A DNA stretch of 63,940 nt, the filler included. It is 5 parts of 5 records of this genome, joined end to end, with 100 filler letters (N's around TTAATTAATTAA, not from the genome) between each part and the next. Parts side by side here need not be neighbours in the genome. Positions count along the whole stretch, not along the records: positions 11,273 to 36,903 come from SRR2962707_2450; 4 more parts are not named here. The stretch is one strand, 5' to 3'. The notes beneath the pieces are model-generated. The model made no database searches, was not told where the DNA came from, and saw only the letters and a list, made by a program, of their open reading frames with translations. The position numbers were made by a program, and so were the translations under genes. Position 1 is the first letter of the stretch. Every line of letters starts with the position of its first letter. Below are positions 19,181 to 29,065 of this stretch, in pieces.

Positions 19181-19288
19181 CGGACCACGCCGGATTCCGC
19201 TCCCTTGCACCGGGCCGGGAGCGGGTAAATCCTGTAAACTCCCGCCATTACTCGGGAAAACACTGTCTTAGCGTTTGAGAAACACACT

Positions 19289-19975
19289 ATGCCGCGAACC
19301 CAAACCGACCCTTTCGCTCCCGTCCGCCGCCGTTCCATGGAGGAGGAAGTCTACATACGCATGCGCGAAGCGATCCTGCGCGGAGACATTGCCGGCGGCG
19401 AGCGCCTGGTACAGGAGGACCTGGCCAAGCGTTTCGGTACCAGCCGCATCCCGGTGCGTGACGCTTTACGCCGGCTGGAGGCGGACGGCCTGGTGGAAAC
19501 CGAGGGCCGGGGCGCCTATCGGGTCAGTTCTTTCGGCGTCGATGACGTCAAGGAGATCTATGCTCTGCGCGAGCTGCTGGAAGGCCACATGGTTGCCCAG
19601 GCCTGCCCCCAACTGGGCGACGAGGAACTGGACGAGCTGGAGCAGTTGCAACAGGACATGGACCAGGCCGCCGATGATGGCGACTCCGCCGCCTATGTGG
19701 CGCTCAATCAGCGTTTTCACCGGGTGCTGTACGATGCCGCCAATCAGCCGCGCACGCAGAAAATCGTCCTCACCCTCTGGCAGGGAGTGCCACCACTGAC
19801 ACCGATCACCATCGAGAACCGCATGGCGGAATCCAGCCAGGAACATTGGGCCATTGTGCGAGCGTTGCGCGCCGGTGACGCCGCAGCGGCGGCCGAGGCC
19901 ATGCGCCGTCATATCGCCGCCGCCGGTGAAGGGCTGCTGGCCCATGTCTCCAGCGGCGGCGCCGGGTTGCGTTGA
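19289..19975 (+). CDS. GntR family regulator (FCD domain)
   Basis: wHTH (LAKRFGTSRIPVRDAL) plus FCD motifs NQRFH, QEHWAI and MRRHI. Confidence 0.94.
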   Translation: MPRTQTDPFAPVRRRSMEEEVYIRMREAILRGDIAGGERLVQEDLAKRFGTSRIPVRDALRRLEADGLVETEGRGAYRVSSFGVDDVKEIYALRELLEGHMVAQACPQLGDEELDELEQLQQDMDQAADDGDSAAYVALNQRFHRVLYDAANQPRTQKIVLTLWQGVPPLTPITIENRMAESSQEHWAIVRALRAGDAAAAAEAMRRHIAAAGEGLLAHVSSGGAGLR

Positions 19976-19997
19976 ACGGGGAACGAGATCGCGCCGG

Positions 19998-21569
19998 TCA
20001 GGACACCCGGCGGGCGCGGCCCCGCCAATAGGGCTCCCGCAGCTCTTGCTTGAGCACCTTGCCGGCGCCGGACAACGGCAGGCTGTCGCGGAATTCCACC
20101 GAACGCGGACACTTGTAGCCGGCCAGATCACCGCGGCAGAAATCGGTCAACTCTTCCGCTGACACCTCAACGCCGGATTGCGTCACCACCACCGCGTGCA
20201 CGCTCTCCCCCCAGGTGTCATGGGGAATGCCGATCACCGCGCAGCTGGCCACCGCCGGGTGCCGGGCCAGCACGTTTTCCACTTCCGCGCAGTACACGTT
20301 CTCACCGCCGCTGACGATCATGTCCTTCATGCGGTCGACGATGTAGATGTAACCGTCCTCATCCATGTAACCGCCATCTCCGGTATGCAACCAGCCGCCG
20401 CGCAGGGTTTCCGCGGTGGCGTCCGGATTGTTCCAGTAGCCCAACATGACGTTGTCACCGCGCGCCACCACTTCACCCACGGTGCCCCGGGGCACTTCCC
20501 GGTCATCCTCGTCGACGATACGTACTTCCATGCCCCAGGTGGCTTTGCCGGCGGAACGGATGCGGCCATTGCTCAAGGCCTCACCACGATGATTACGCCA
20601 GGAGTTCAACGTGATCATCGGCGATGCCTCGGTCATACCATAGGTATGAGTGAACTGCGCATCGGGAAACACCGCCAGGGCCCGTTCCAGAACCGCCAGG
20701 GAAATAGGCGAGGCCCCATAGGCAACCCGTGTCAGGGAGCTCAGATCGTATTCTCGCACCTCGGGGTGATCCACCAGCATCTGGATCATGCTTGGCACCA
20801 GAATCACATCGGTGATCTTTTCCCGCTCGATGGTGGCCAGAACCTCCTCCACGCGGAAGGACGGCATCATCACCGCGGTTCCGCCCACCACGATCTGGGT
20901 GATGAATTTGGCGACGCCGGCGGTATGGAACAGCGGCGACGCCAACAAGGTGACGAACGGATCAGGCGGGTCGCTTTCCGCCAGGCGAGTAATGGCGCAG
21001 CTCCAGAGATTGTCATGGGAAAGCATCACGCCTTTGGGAAAGCCGGTAGTGCCACCGGTATACAGCAGCACCGCCAGGTGATCACCGCCGAAGCGGCCAT
21101 CCTCCACCGGCGTTGCCCGCGCCAGAAAATCCTCGTAGTGAATCATCCCCGCCGGCCCATCTGCATGGGTGCATGGCGTTTTCCCCAGATGCAGAACATG
21201 GCGCAGCCCTGGACAGCGCGCCTTGAGCGTCTCCACCATCGGCAGGAAAGCACCGCTGACCAGCAGTATCTCCGCTTCGCTGTCGTTGAGGGAGTACGCC
21301 ATCTCCTTCACATTCCAGCGGGTATTCACGGCATTGGCCACCGCGCCCATCCACCACAAGCCAAGAAAATACTCGGCATGGTAATCGCAGTTGGCGGCCA
21401 GTATCGCCACCCGGTCTCCGGCCTGTACACCGAGGCCGGTGAGTCCACCGGCCAGCCGGGCACAACGGTCAGCCAACTCGCGATAGCTGCGGCGGCGTTC
21501 GCCATCCACCGTGGCCAGGCGTTCCGGAGCCTGCTGCACCGCGCGGTGCAACCCCTGGGTCAGATACAT
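19998..21569 (-). CDS. Acyl-CoA synthetase (long-chain-fatty-acid--CoA ligase-like)
   Basis: YTGGTTGFPKG, YGMTE, LHTGD, DRMKDMIVSGGENV and GKVLK motifs. Start ATG 21569 with GGGGAG RBS. Confidence 0.94.
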   Translation of the reverse strand: MYLTQGLHRAVQQAPERLATVDGERRRSYRELADRCARLAGGLTGLGVQAGDRVAILAANCDYHAEYFLGLWWMGAVANAVNTRWNVKEMAYSLNDSEAEILLVSGAFLPMVETLKARCPGLRHVLHLGKTPCTHADGPAGMIHYEDFLARATPVEDGRFGGDHLAVLLYTGGTTGFPKGVMLSHDNLWSCAITRLAESDPPDPFVTLLASPLFHTAGVAKFITQIVVGGTAVMMPSFRVEEVLATIEREKITDVILVPSMIQMLVDHPEVREYDLSSLTRVAYGASPISLAVLERALAVFPDAQFTHTYGMTEASPMITLNSWRNHRGEALSNGRIRSAGKATWGMEVRIVDEDDREVPRGTVGEVVARGDNVMLGYWNNPDATAETLRGGWLHTGDGGYMDEDGYIYIVDRMKDMIVSGGENVYCAEVENVLARHPAVASCAVIGIPHDTWGESVHAVVVTQSGVEVSAEELTDFCRGDLAGYKCPRSVEFRDSLPLSGAGKVLKQELREPYWRGRARRVS

Positions 21570-21756
21570 GGGCGGTACTCCCCTGCCCGGCAACGGGCAT
21601 GAACAACAATATCGTGGTCAGACATGATTCACCTGTGAACGGAATAAACGGCCAAAGCCCGTGGAGAACGGGCTTGAGGCGGGCGGAGATATCCACCCGC
21701 TGGAATAAAAAGCACGCACGACGGTTGGCCCCCCGCCATGCGTGGAGAGCGAACCG

Positions 21757-22908
21757 CTAACGCACCGCGCGCAACATATTGCGTGCGATTACAATCTGTT
21801 GAATCTGAGTGGTGCCTTCATAAATACGGAACAGCCGCACATCACGGTAAAACCGCTCGATGCCGTATTCGGACATATAGCCGGCGCCACCGTGAATCTG
21901 CACCGCGCGGTCCGCCACGCGGCCGCACATTTCCGAAGCGTACATTTTGCAGCAAGCGGCCTCGGTGCTGACGTTTTCACCGTCATCCCGACGACGGGCC
22001 GCATCCAGAACCATGCAACGGGAGGCGTAGATCTCCGCCTTGCTGTCGGCCAGCATTGCTTGCACCAGTTGGAATTCACCAATGGCCTGGCCGAACTGCT
22101 CGCGTTCAGCGGCATAGCGCAGAGCATCGTCCAGCATACGTTCGGCCACGCCGACACAGATGGCGGCGATATGAATCCGCCCTTTGTCCAGCACTTTCAT
22201 GGCCGTCTTGAAGCCCACGCCGGGCTTGCCACCGATGATGTTAGCCGCCGGCACCCGGCAGTCCTCGAACACCACATCACAGGTATGGGCGCCTTTCTGG
22301 CCCATTTTGCTGTCCGGTTTACCCAGCGAGATTCCCGGAGTTTTGGCGTCGACGATAAACGCGGAGATGCCGCCCGCGCCCTTCACATCCGGATCAGTAC
22401 GCGCCATCAAGGTGAAAATACCGGCCTGTGGCGCATTGGTGATAAAGCGTTTGGTGCCGTTCACCACATAGTGATCGCCGTCCTTCACCGCGCTGGTCCG
22501 CAAGGACGCGGCATCGGAACCGGCCCCCGGCTCTGTCAGCGCGAACGACGCCATCACCTCACCGGTGGCCAGAGACGGCAACCACTGTTGTTTCTGCTCA
22601 TCAGTACCGTCCATCAGGATCCCCTGGGAACCGATCCCCACGGTGGTGCCGAACAACGAACGGAACGCCGGTGAAGTGCGCCCCATCTCGAACATCACCA
22701 GCACTTCCTCTTCCATGGTCAGACCGAGGCCGCCGAATTCCTCGGGGATGGTCAGCCCGAACAGACCGATCTCCTTCATCTCCCTGACGATGTCCTCGGG
22801 GATGGCGTCGTGCTCCGCTACCCATTCCTCGTTGGGCACCAGCCGTTCGCGTACGAAGCGGTTGATCGTGTCCAACAGCGTATTCATGGTTTCCTGATCA
22901 CGTATCAT
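21757..22908 (-). CDS. Acyl-CoA dehydrogenase
   Basis: FALTEPGAGSD, NGTKRFITN, QIHGGAGY and IYEGTTQI motifs. Confidence 0.95.
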   Translation of the reverse strand: MIRDQETMNTLLDTINRFVRERLVPNEEWVAEHDAIPEDIVREMKEIGLFGLTIPEEFGGLGLTMEEEVLVMFEMGRTSPAFRSLFGTTVGIGSQGILMDGTDEQKQQWLPSLATGEVMASFALTEPGAGSDAASLRTSAVKDGDHYVVNGTKRFITNAPQAGIFTLMARTDPDVKGAGGISAFIVDAKTPGISLGKPDSKMGQKGAHTCDVVFEDCRVPAANIIGGKPGVGFKTAMKVLDKGRIHIAAICVGVAERMLDDALRYAAEREQFGQAIGEFQLVQAMLADSKAEIYASRCMVLDAARRRDDGENVSTEAACCKMYASEMCGRVADRAVQIHGGAGYMSEYGIERFYRDVRLFRIYEGTTQIQQIVIARNMLRAVR

Positions 22909-22950
22909 GATGGCCTCCCGGCGGCATTGCCGCCTTGAATTATCGACGCC

Positions 22951-24129
22951 TCACAGCGCCGCGGCGGTACCCAGAATGGCGGTGGATTGACTGGACAGCG
23001 TACCGCCGTTGCCATGCACAATCGCCGTTTGCGCACCGGCGACCTGGCTGTCTCCAGCGTTACCACGCAACTGACGGACGCCCTCGATGGCGGCGAAAAT
23101 GCCGTACATCCCCGGGTGCCCCCAGGACAAGCCGCCGCCATTGGTATTCACCGGCAGGCTGCCACCGGGGGATATGTTCCCCTCCTCCACGAAGGCGCCG
23201 GCTTCGCCCTTGGCACAGAAGCCGAGGTCTTCCAGGAACAACAAGGTATTGATGGTGAAGGCGTCGTACAGCTCCGCCACATCAATGTCCTTGGGGCCCA
23301 TTCCGGCCATGGCATAAGCGTCACGCCCGGATTGCGTGGCGGCGGTCACGGTCAGGTCCGCCATGCTGGAGATTTGCCGATTCCACACCGCCGTACCCTG
23401 GCCGAGCACATACACCGGCGGCTGCGGCAAATCGCGGGCGCGGTCAGCGCGGACCAAAACGTAAGCGCCGCCGCCATCGGTGACCAGGCAAGCATCACGC
23501 ACGGTCAGTGGATCGGACACCATGCGCGAATTGAGCACATCGTCCACGGTCAGCGGATCACGCATGAACGCGTCCGCATTCTTCCGCGCCCATTGGCGCG
23601 CCGACACCGCCACTTGCGCCAATTGCCGGCGGGTTGTGCCGAACTCATGCATGTGGCGTGACGCCGCCAGCGCATACGCGGACATCGGCAGCATCGGTTG
23701 ATAAGGATGCTCGTAGGGTTGCGGGTCCATCAGCAGGCGAGCCTTGCCAATTTCCTTGCGGCTCAATGTGGAGGTGCGCTGGGCGCTGCCGTAGGCCACC
23801 AGTACCGCGTCACACTGACCGGACTCCAGCGCTTGCATCGCCGGCATCAGGTGGGCGATGAAACTGGACCCGCCGATCATGGTGGCGTCGACGAAACGGG
23901 GACGAATTCCCAGGTACTCCACCACCGGCATCGACCACATGGTGGATGAGGCACTGGCGGTGCAAAGACCGTCGATATCCTTCATGGTCAGGCCGGCATC
24001 GGCCACCGCCAGACGCGCGGCCTGAGCCAGCAGCTCCATGTCGGTATAACCCGGCGCCTCGCCACAACCGAAGGTCGCCACACCAGCGATGGCGAATTTG
24101 CCGCGCAAATGATTCAGATCACCGCTCAT
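22951..24129 (-). CDS. SCP2-type thiolase-like protein lacking the canonical nucleophilic Cys
   Basis: Thiolase fold (LVTDGGGA, ELYDAFT, NTNGGGLSWGHPG, HGNGG). MIGGSS occupies the position of CxSG. Overlaps the DUF35 gene. Confidence 0.88.
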   Translation of the reverse strand: MSGDLNHLRGKFAIAGVATFGCGEAPGYTDMELLAQAARLAVADAGLTMKDIDGLCTASASSTMWSMPVVEYLGIRPRFVDATMIGGSSFIAHLMPAMQALESGQCDAVLVAYGSAQRTSTLSRKEIGKARLLMDPQPYEHPYQPMLPMSAYALAASRHMHEFGTTRRQLAQVAVSARQWARKNADAFMRDPLTVDDVLNSRMVSDPLTVRDACLVTDGGGAYVLVRADRARDLPQPPVYVLGQGTAVWNRQISSMADLTVTAATQSGRDAYAMAGMGPKDIDVAELYDAFTINTLLFLEDLGFCAKGEAGAFVEEGNISPGGSLPVNTNGGGLSWGHPGMYGIFAAIEGVRQLRGNAGDSQVAGAQTAIVHGNGGTLSSQSTAILGTAAAL

Positions 24130-24515
24130 TGTGCCGCTCCTTCCATCGCATGAAACACCAACAGGCCATGCCCCTCGTTTACCGTCACCCGGGCCTTCAC
24201 CGCCATGCCGATTTTCACCTCTTCCGGGGCCGCGTTTTCAATCCGGCTCATCAGCCGGACGTTTTCTTCAAGATCTATCAAAGAGACGTTGTAGTCACCA
24301 CCGGCTTCCGGTTTGCGCCGCACCGTGGTCACCGCATAGACCGTCCCCTTGCCGCTGGGGCTGAACCAGGACAGGTCGCCACTGCCACAACCGGGGCAAA
24401 GTTCACGTGGAAAAAAAATCGCATCCCCACAGTCATTGCAGCGTTGAATTTCGAAACGCCCCTGATCCAGAGCCGCTTGATAGATGGCCTGCACGCCACC
24501 CTCTTGGTTAACCAT
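24126..24515 (-). CDS. DUF35 Zn-ribbon/OB-fold acyl-CoA-binding protein
   Basis: CNDC..FPRELCPGC zinc ribbon, then GKGTVYA and IDLEENVRLMS. Confidence 0.92.
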   Translation of the reverse strand: MVNQEGGVQAIYQAALDQGRFEIQRCNDCGDAIFFPRELCPGCGSGDLSWFSPSGKGTVYAVTTVRRKPEAGGDYNVSLIDLEENVRLMSRIENAAPEEVKIGMAVKARVTVNEGHGLLVFHAMEGAAQ

Positions 24516-24575
24516 GTTTGCTCTCCTCGTAATTACCGCCAGCCCGGTGGAAAGGCCACCCGGCGACTCGTCCGA

Positions 24576-26273
24576 TCATGCGTCCCCGGCCGCCATAACA
24601 TCACCGTCGCCAACCAAAGCCCGTTGTTCGTCCTGTAACTGACGCCAGAGGATCTTGCCAGCGCCGGACTTCGGTAAGGCATCGACGAATTCCACCCGGC
24701 GGGGCGCTTTGTACACCGCCATTTTTTCCCGCGCCCAGTCGATCACCTGTTCTTCGGTAACCTGGCCGCGGTAGCGGTCCTTGACAACCAGAATCGCCAT
24801 GACCACTTCACCGCGACGGCTGTCCGGCACGCCGATGACACAGGCCTCCTGAACCGCCGGATGGTCATACATGAAATTTTCCACTTCCGCCGGCCACACT
24901 TTGTAGCCGGACACGTTGATCATGCGCTTGAGCCTGTCCTTCATGAAGAAGTAGCCATCCTCATCGATACAGGCCAGGTCACCGGTACGAAAAAAGCGGC
25001 GCCCATCGCGTTCAAGAAAGGACTCACGATTGGCCTCGTCGTTATGCCAATACCCTTCCATTACCTGTGGTCCGCTGGTGATCAGCTCACCCACTTCGCC
25101 CAGCGGCAAGGGCTCCAGAGTTTCCGGATCGACCACACGGGAATCCACGCCAAAGGTGGGCACCCCCAGACACTGGCGTTTGTTACGGTGCACGGGGTTG
25201 GCATGCAAAAAAGCGGAGGTCTCGGTCAGACCATAGGATTCGTTGAACGCGATCCCGTGATCTTCCTTCAAGGTCCGCGATACCGCCTCCGGCATCGCCG
25301 CGCCGCCGCCAAAGATCAAGCTCAGGCGCGACAGGTCATAATCGGCGATATCCGGCTTGGCGAAAAAGTCGATGATCATCGCCGGCGGCGCGCCCCACAC
25401 ACTGACACCCCATTGGTCGATCAGCCGTGCCGCCATATCCCGATCCCAGCGCGGCAGTATCACCGTGGTGGCGCCGAGCAGAATCGGCATGTTCATACCA
25501 CTTTGCAGGCCCAGCATGTGGAACATCGGCGCCACCGACAGAAACACCGATTCGGCATTGAGGGCACGCCACAACGACGAGGAATAAATAGCGTATCCCA
25601 GGGTGCGGTGGGTATGGATGCAGCCCTTGGGGTGACCGGTGGTGCCGGAGGTGTAAGGCAGCACACACATCTGATCAGCGTCAAAAGCCGCCGGCATCGG
25701 AGTCTGTTCCGCGGCAAGGGCTTCAGCCCAGGTCACCACCGCCGGGTCCGTCACTTCTTCCTGCGCCACCGCGATCCAGCCAGGAACCAGCGGATCTCGC
25801 GGATCGCTAAGGTAATCCCGGTACTGATGCAGAATCACCCGGGTAACCAGGCCACTATCCACACAGGGGCGCAGATTGCTGTACAGGTCGGCGGCACAGA
25901 ATGCCAGACGGGCGCCGCTATTTTCGAAGTAATAGGCCAGCTCCTCATGAGTGCTCATGGCGTTTACCGGCACTACCGCCGCCCCCAGCGACATCACCGC
26001 ATAGAAGGCAACGGTGAACTGCGGACAGTTCTGAGTGTAGAGCAATACGCGATCGCCCTTGGCCACACCACATTCTTGCTGCAGATAACCAGCCATGCAT
26101 CGCACGTCCCTCTGCAGATCGCCATAGCTCAGCACGCCGTTGTAAAACACCAACGCAGGCCGGTCCGGGTAACGCAAAGCGGAAATACGCAGGTTATCCA
26201 CCAGAGTGGTTTGCGGAGCGCGAATCCGCTCGGGCAACCCTTTCGGATAGAAGGACAGATGAGGAGAGGTCAT
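24576..26273 (-). CDS. Long-chain-fatty-acid--CoA ligase
   Basis: YTSGTTGHPKG, YGLTE, FRTGD and DRLKRMINVSGYKVWP motifs. Confidence 0.94.
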   Translation of the reverse strand: MTSPHLSFYPKGLPERIRAPQTTLVDNLRISALRYPDRPALVFYNGVLSYGDLQRDVRCMAGYLQQECGVAKGDRVLLYTQNCPQFTVAFYAVMSLGAAVVPVNAMSTHEELAYYFENSGARLAFCAADLYSNLRPCVDSGLVTRVILHQYRDYLSDPRDPLVPGWIAVAQEEVTDPAVVTWAEALAAEQTPMPAAFDADQMCVLPYTSGTTGHPKGCIHTHRTLGYAIYSSSLWRALNAESVFLSVAPMFHMLGLQSGMNMPILLGATTVILPRWDRDMAARLIDQWGVSVWGAPPAMIIDFFAKPDIADYDLSRLSLIFGGGAAMPEAVSRTLKEDHGIAFNESYGLTETSAFLHANPVHRNKRQCLGVPTFGVDSRVVDPETLEPLPLGEVGELITSGPQVMEGYWHNDEANRESFLERDGRRFFRTGDLACIDEDGYFFMKDRLKRMINVSGYKVWPAEVENFMYDHPAVQEACVIGVPDSRRGEVVMAILVVKDRYRGQVTEEQVIDWAREKMAVYKAPRRVEFVDALPKSGAGKILWRQLQDEQRALVGDGDVMAAGDA

Positions 26274-26286
26274 CGATGCGCTCCCG

Positions 26287-27444
26287 TCATTGATCCATGG
26301 AACGGGCGATGATTTCCTTCATGATCTCGTTGGCACCGCCATAGATCTTGCCCACCCGGGCATCGGTGTACATCCGCGAGATCGGATACTCTTCCATGTA
26401 ACCGTAGCCGCCATGCAATTGCAGACATTCATCGATGATCTGGCAGTTCAACTGCGTGGTCCACCACTTCGCCATGGCGGCGGTGGGCACGTCCAGCTCG
26501 CCACGGATCACTTTGTAGACACAATCATCGACGAAACAGCGCGCCACCGTCGCCTGGGTCTGACACTCCGCCAATTTGAAACGGGTGTTCTGCATATCCA
26601 TAAGGCGCTGACCAAACACCTTGCGATCCTTCACATAAGCAGTGGTCTCATCAATGGCCTTCTGCATGGTGGCCACGGCGCCCACGGCGATGAACATGCG
26701 CTCGCGCGGCAGCTGCTCCATCAGTTGCACGAAACCCTTGCCCTCGGCACCGCCCAGGACATTTTCCGCTGGTACGCGCACGTCATCGAAAAACAGCTCC
26801 GCGGTGTCCTGCCCTTTCTGGCCGATTTTTTCCAGGATGCGCCCACGGCGAAAACCGCTGACTTTTTCCGTTTCCACCATTACCAGGGAAATACCGCGGC
26901 TGCCCTTGGCCTGGGTATCGGTTTTCGCCACCACACAGATCAATTCGGCGTGATAGCCGTTGGTGATAAAGGTTTTGGAGCCGTTAATCACATACTCATC
27001 ACCATCACGGAGCGCGGTGGTCCGCACCGCCTGTAAATCAGAGCCGGCTCCCGGTTCACTCATGGCGATGGCGGCGACCCGCTGGCCACTGGCCAATTGC
27101 GGCAGCCATTTCTTGCGCTGCTCCTCGGTGCCGTAATTGAGAATGTAGTGAGACACGATGCCGCTATGCACGCTGATGCTGAAGCTGCTCACCTGAGCGC
27201 GGGCCTGCTCCATGCAGATCACGGCCTCATGGGCGAAGGTGCCGCCGCCACCGCCGTACTCGGACGGGATACTGGCACACAACAGGCCCAGCTCACCAAG
27301 TTTGGGCCAGACCTCACGATCCGGGTGACGCTGCTTGCGCCATTTTTCCTCCTGGGGCACGAACTCGCGCTCGAAAATCTTGCGTACGGAATCCTGAAAA
27401 ATTCTCAGTTCGTCATCAATCCAGGCGGACTGCCACTGTGTCAT
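26287..27444 (-). CDS. Acyl-CoA dehydrogenase (long-chain-specific-like)
   Basis: IAMSEPGAGSDL, NGSKTFITNG, LPRER, QLHGGYGY and IYGGANEI motifs. Confidence 0.95.
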   Translation of the reverse strand: MTQWQSAWIDDELRIFQDSVRKIFEREFVPQEEKWRKQRHPDREVWPKLGELGLLCASIPSEYGGGGGTFAHEAVICMEQARAQVSSFSISVHSGIVSHYILNYGTEEQRKKWLPQLASGQRVAAIAMSEPGAGSDLQAVRTTALRDGDEYVINGSKTFITNGYHAELICVVAKTDTQAKGSRGISLVMVETEKVSGFRRGRILEKIGQKGQDTAELFFDDVRVPAENVLGGAEGKGFVQLMEQLPRERMFIAVGAVATMQKAIDETTAYVKDRKVFGQRLMDMQNTRFKLAECQTQATVARCFVDDCVYKVIRGELDVPTAAMAKWWTTQLNCQIIDECLQLHGGYGYMEEYPISRMYTDARVGKIYGGANEIMKEIIARSMDQ

Positions 27445-27653
27445 TGGTATTCTCCTCGGCGAGAGTCCATCACACGCTTCGCAGGTGCTTAACCACGCCG
27501 TTGGCTGTTTTTGTTGTACTCAGCATGCCCAAGGGCCGCTGCACGACCAATGGCCATCACCATCAAAACCATTGGCCATTCCGCTCTCCAGAGCGCCCGC
27601 ACACCGACAGCGGTGATGGATTCGGCCAAGCCCGATCCACGCATCGCATGTCT

Positions 27654-28718
27654 TCATTGCATATTCAGATAGGGGCGGGCCGCCTTCAGGCGGGTATAGC
27701 GGTATTCACCCGGCGGCAGACCGGTCCATTTCTTGAAGGCGCGATGGAAGGTACTCAGTTCGGAAAAACCCAGTTTTGATGCCACGTCCACCAGATTCAG
27801 GTCCGGACGCGACAGATACTCGATCGCCGCATCGCAACGCAGGTTGTCCTTCAGCCCTTGATAACACTGGCCTTCATCACGCAGGCGCCGGCGTACGGTT
27901 TGCGGCGTCATCCCCAGCACCGAACCGACTTCTTCCAGTGTTGGCAATCCAGAACTCAGATGACGGCGCAGCAGCCGCCGAATCCGCTCGCTGCAAGAGG
28001 TTTCGTCCCGATAACGCACCAACAGGTTGGCCGGTGCCTGACGCAGAAAGGAGGTCAGACTCAAGCGGTTCTGCACTACCGGCAACTCCAGCCAACGCGA
28101 TTCGAAGGTGAAGCCGAAGCAGTTGTCGTTGGCCTTCAATGGCGCGTCGAAAATCAAATGGATACGGTTGCTTTTGCCATCGCCCATGTCCTGATAGCTG
28201 ACTTGTTGCAAGGGAATCCGTCTTGCCGCCAGCCAGGACGACACGCCCCAGGTAAAGAACATAAACATGCGTTTGGCATAGCTCAGACAGGCGGGCTCGT
28301 CTCCCAGGTCACGCACACAGACATGGGCGGTTTCCCCTTGCACCACCAAACGCGGCACGAAATCCTTCAACAATAAATGGTAAAACGTGAAGCCCCGACG
28401 CAAGGCATCGCCAAGGGTTTCGCACTGGATCAGGTCCTGGCACATATGAGCGAAGGCCCCCAATGGCACCGGGTGGCTGCACAGACCGAAGAATTCATCG
28501 CGAAGATCACGTCTCAACAGGTACATCAGCCGCGCGTATTGGTCCTGGGAGACACGGGACAATGGTGATTTCAGCAACCGCACCGGGATCCCGGCACGCT
28601 GCATCACCGGCTCCGGGTCCACTCCGTGTCGGCACGCACCCGCCAGCATTTGCTCCACATGATGAATGGAAATGGTATGACTGGTGGTCATCGCCGAGCC
28701 GTCAAACCGGATATTCAT
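27654..28718 (-). CDS. AraC family regulator (OruR-like N-terminal ligand domain)
   Basis: C-terminal AraC HTH (LGFSELSTFHRAFKKWTG). Start ATG 28718 with GGAGG RBS; exact start uncertain. Confidence 0.9.
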   Translation of the reverse strand: MNIRFDGSAMTTSHTISIHHVEQMLAGACRHGVDPEPVMQRAGIPVRLLKSPLSRVSQDQYARLMYLLRRDLRDEFFGLCSHPVPLGAFAHMCQDLIQCETLGDALRRGFTFYHLLLKDFVPRLVVQGETAHVCVRDLGDEPACLSYAKRMFMFFTWGVSSWLAARRIPLQQVSYQDMGDGKSNRIHLIFDAPLKANDNCFGFTFESRWLELPVVQNRLSLTSFLRQAPANLLVRYRDETSCSERIRRLLRRHLSSGLPTLEEVGSVLGMTPQTVRRRLRDEGQCYQGLKDNLRCDAAIEYLSRPDLNLVDVASKLGFSELSTFHRAFKKWTGLPPGEYRYTRLKAARPYLNMQ

Positions 28719-28940
28719 CACTATCCTCCGCCGCGGAACCAGCCTGAGCCGGCCCACCATCAGTATTTGTATTCAGGATCTTTATGCCACCGCCCACCGG
28801 AGCGGCGTGACGCGGAATGGATGCTCTCCTTCTTGGCCAAATCCGACACAGGCAGAGACCCCTTACCACGCGTCTGTAGTTTTTCGCCAAACCCGCCGGC
28901 ATCAAAGAACGACAGGCTCGCTTTCCTGTTGCGTGATCAA

Positions 28941-28962
28941 TGTATACTGTATACCGTATACA
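28941..28962. promoter_or_regulatory. TGTATAC-repeat operator, putative GntR site 2
   Basis: TGTATAC-TGTATAC-CGTATAC-A. The first 14 bp are identical to 19161-19174. Lies in the araC/ich divergent region. Confidence 0.72.
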
Positions 28963-29065
28963 AAAGCAAATCGGTTCCTTCTCTTGATGTGACTCCCCTC
29001 CCGAGCCCAACGGGTAGCCCGATTTCTTTTTCATATGCCTGTTTTATCTATTGCGGAGCCTGCGC

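Noticed and set aside
21655-21675. Hairpin AAGCCCGT-GGAGA-ACGGGCTT between the ACAD and CoA-ligase genes
   Set aside because: It has no convincing U-tract and no second copy, so it cannot be called a terminator or ncRNA.
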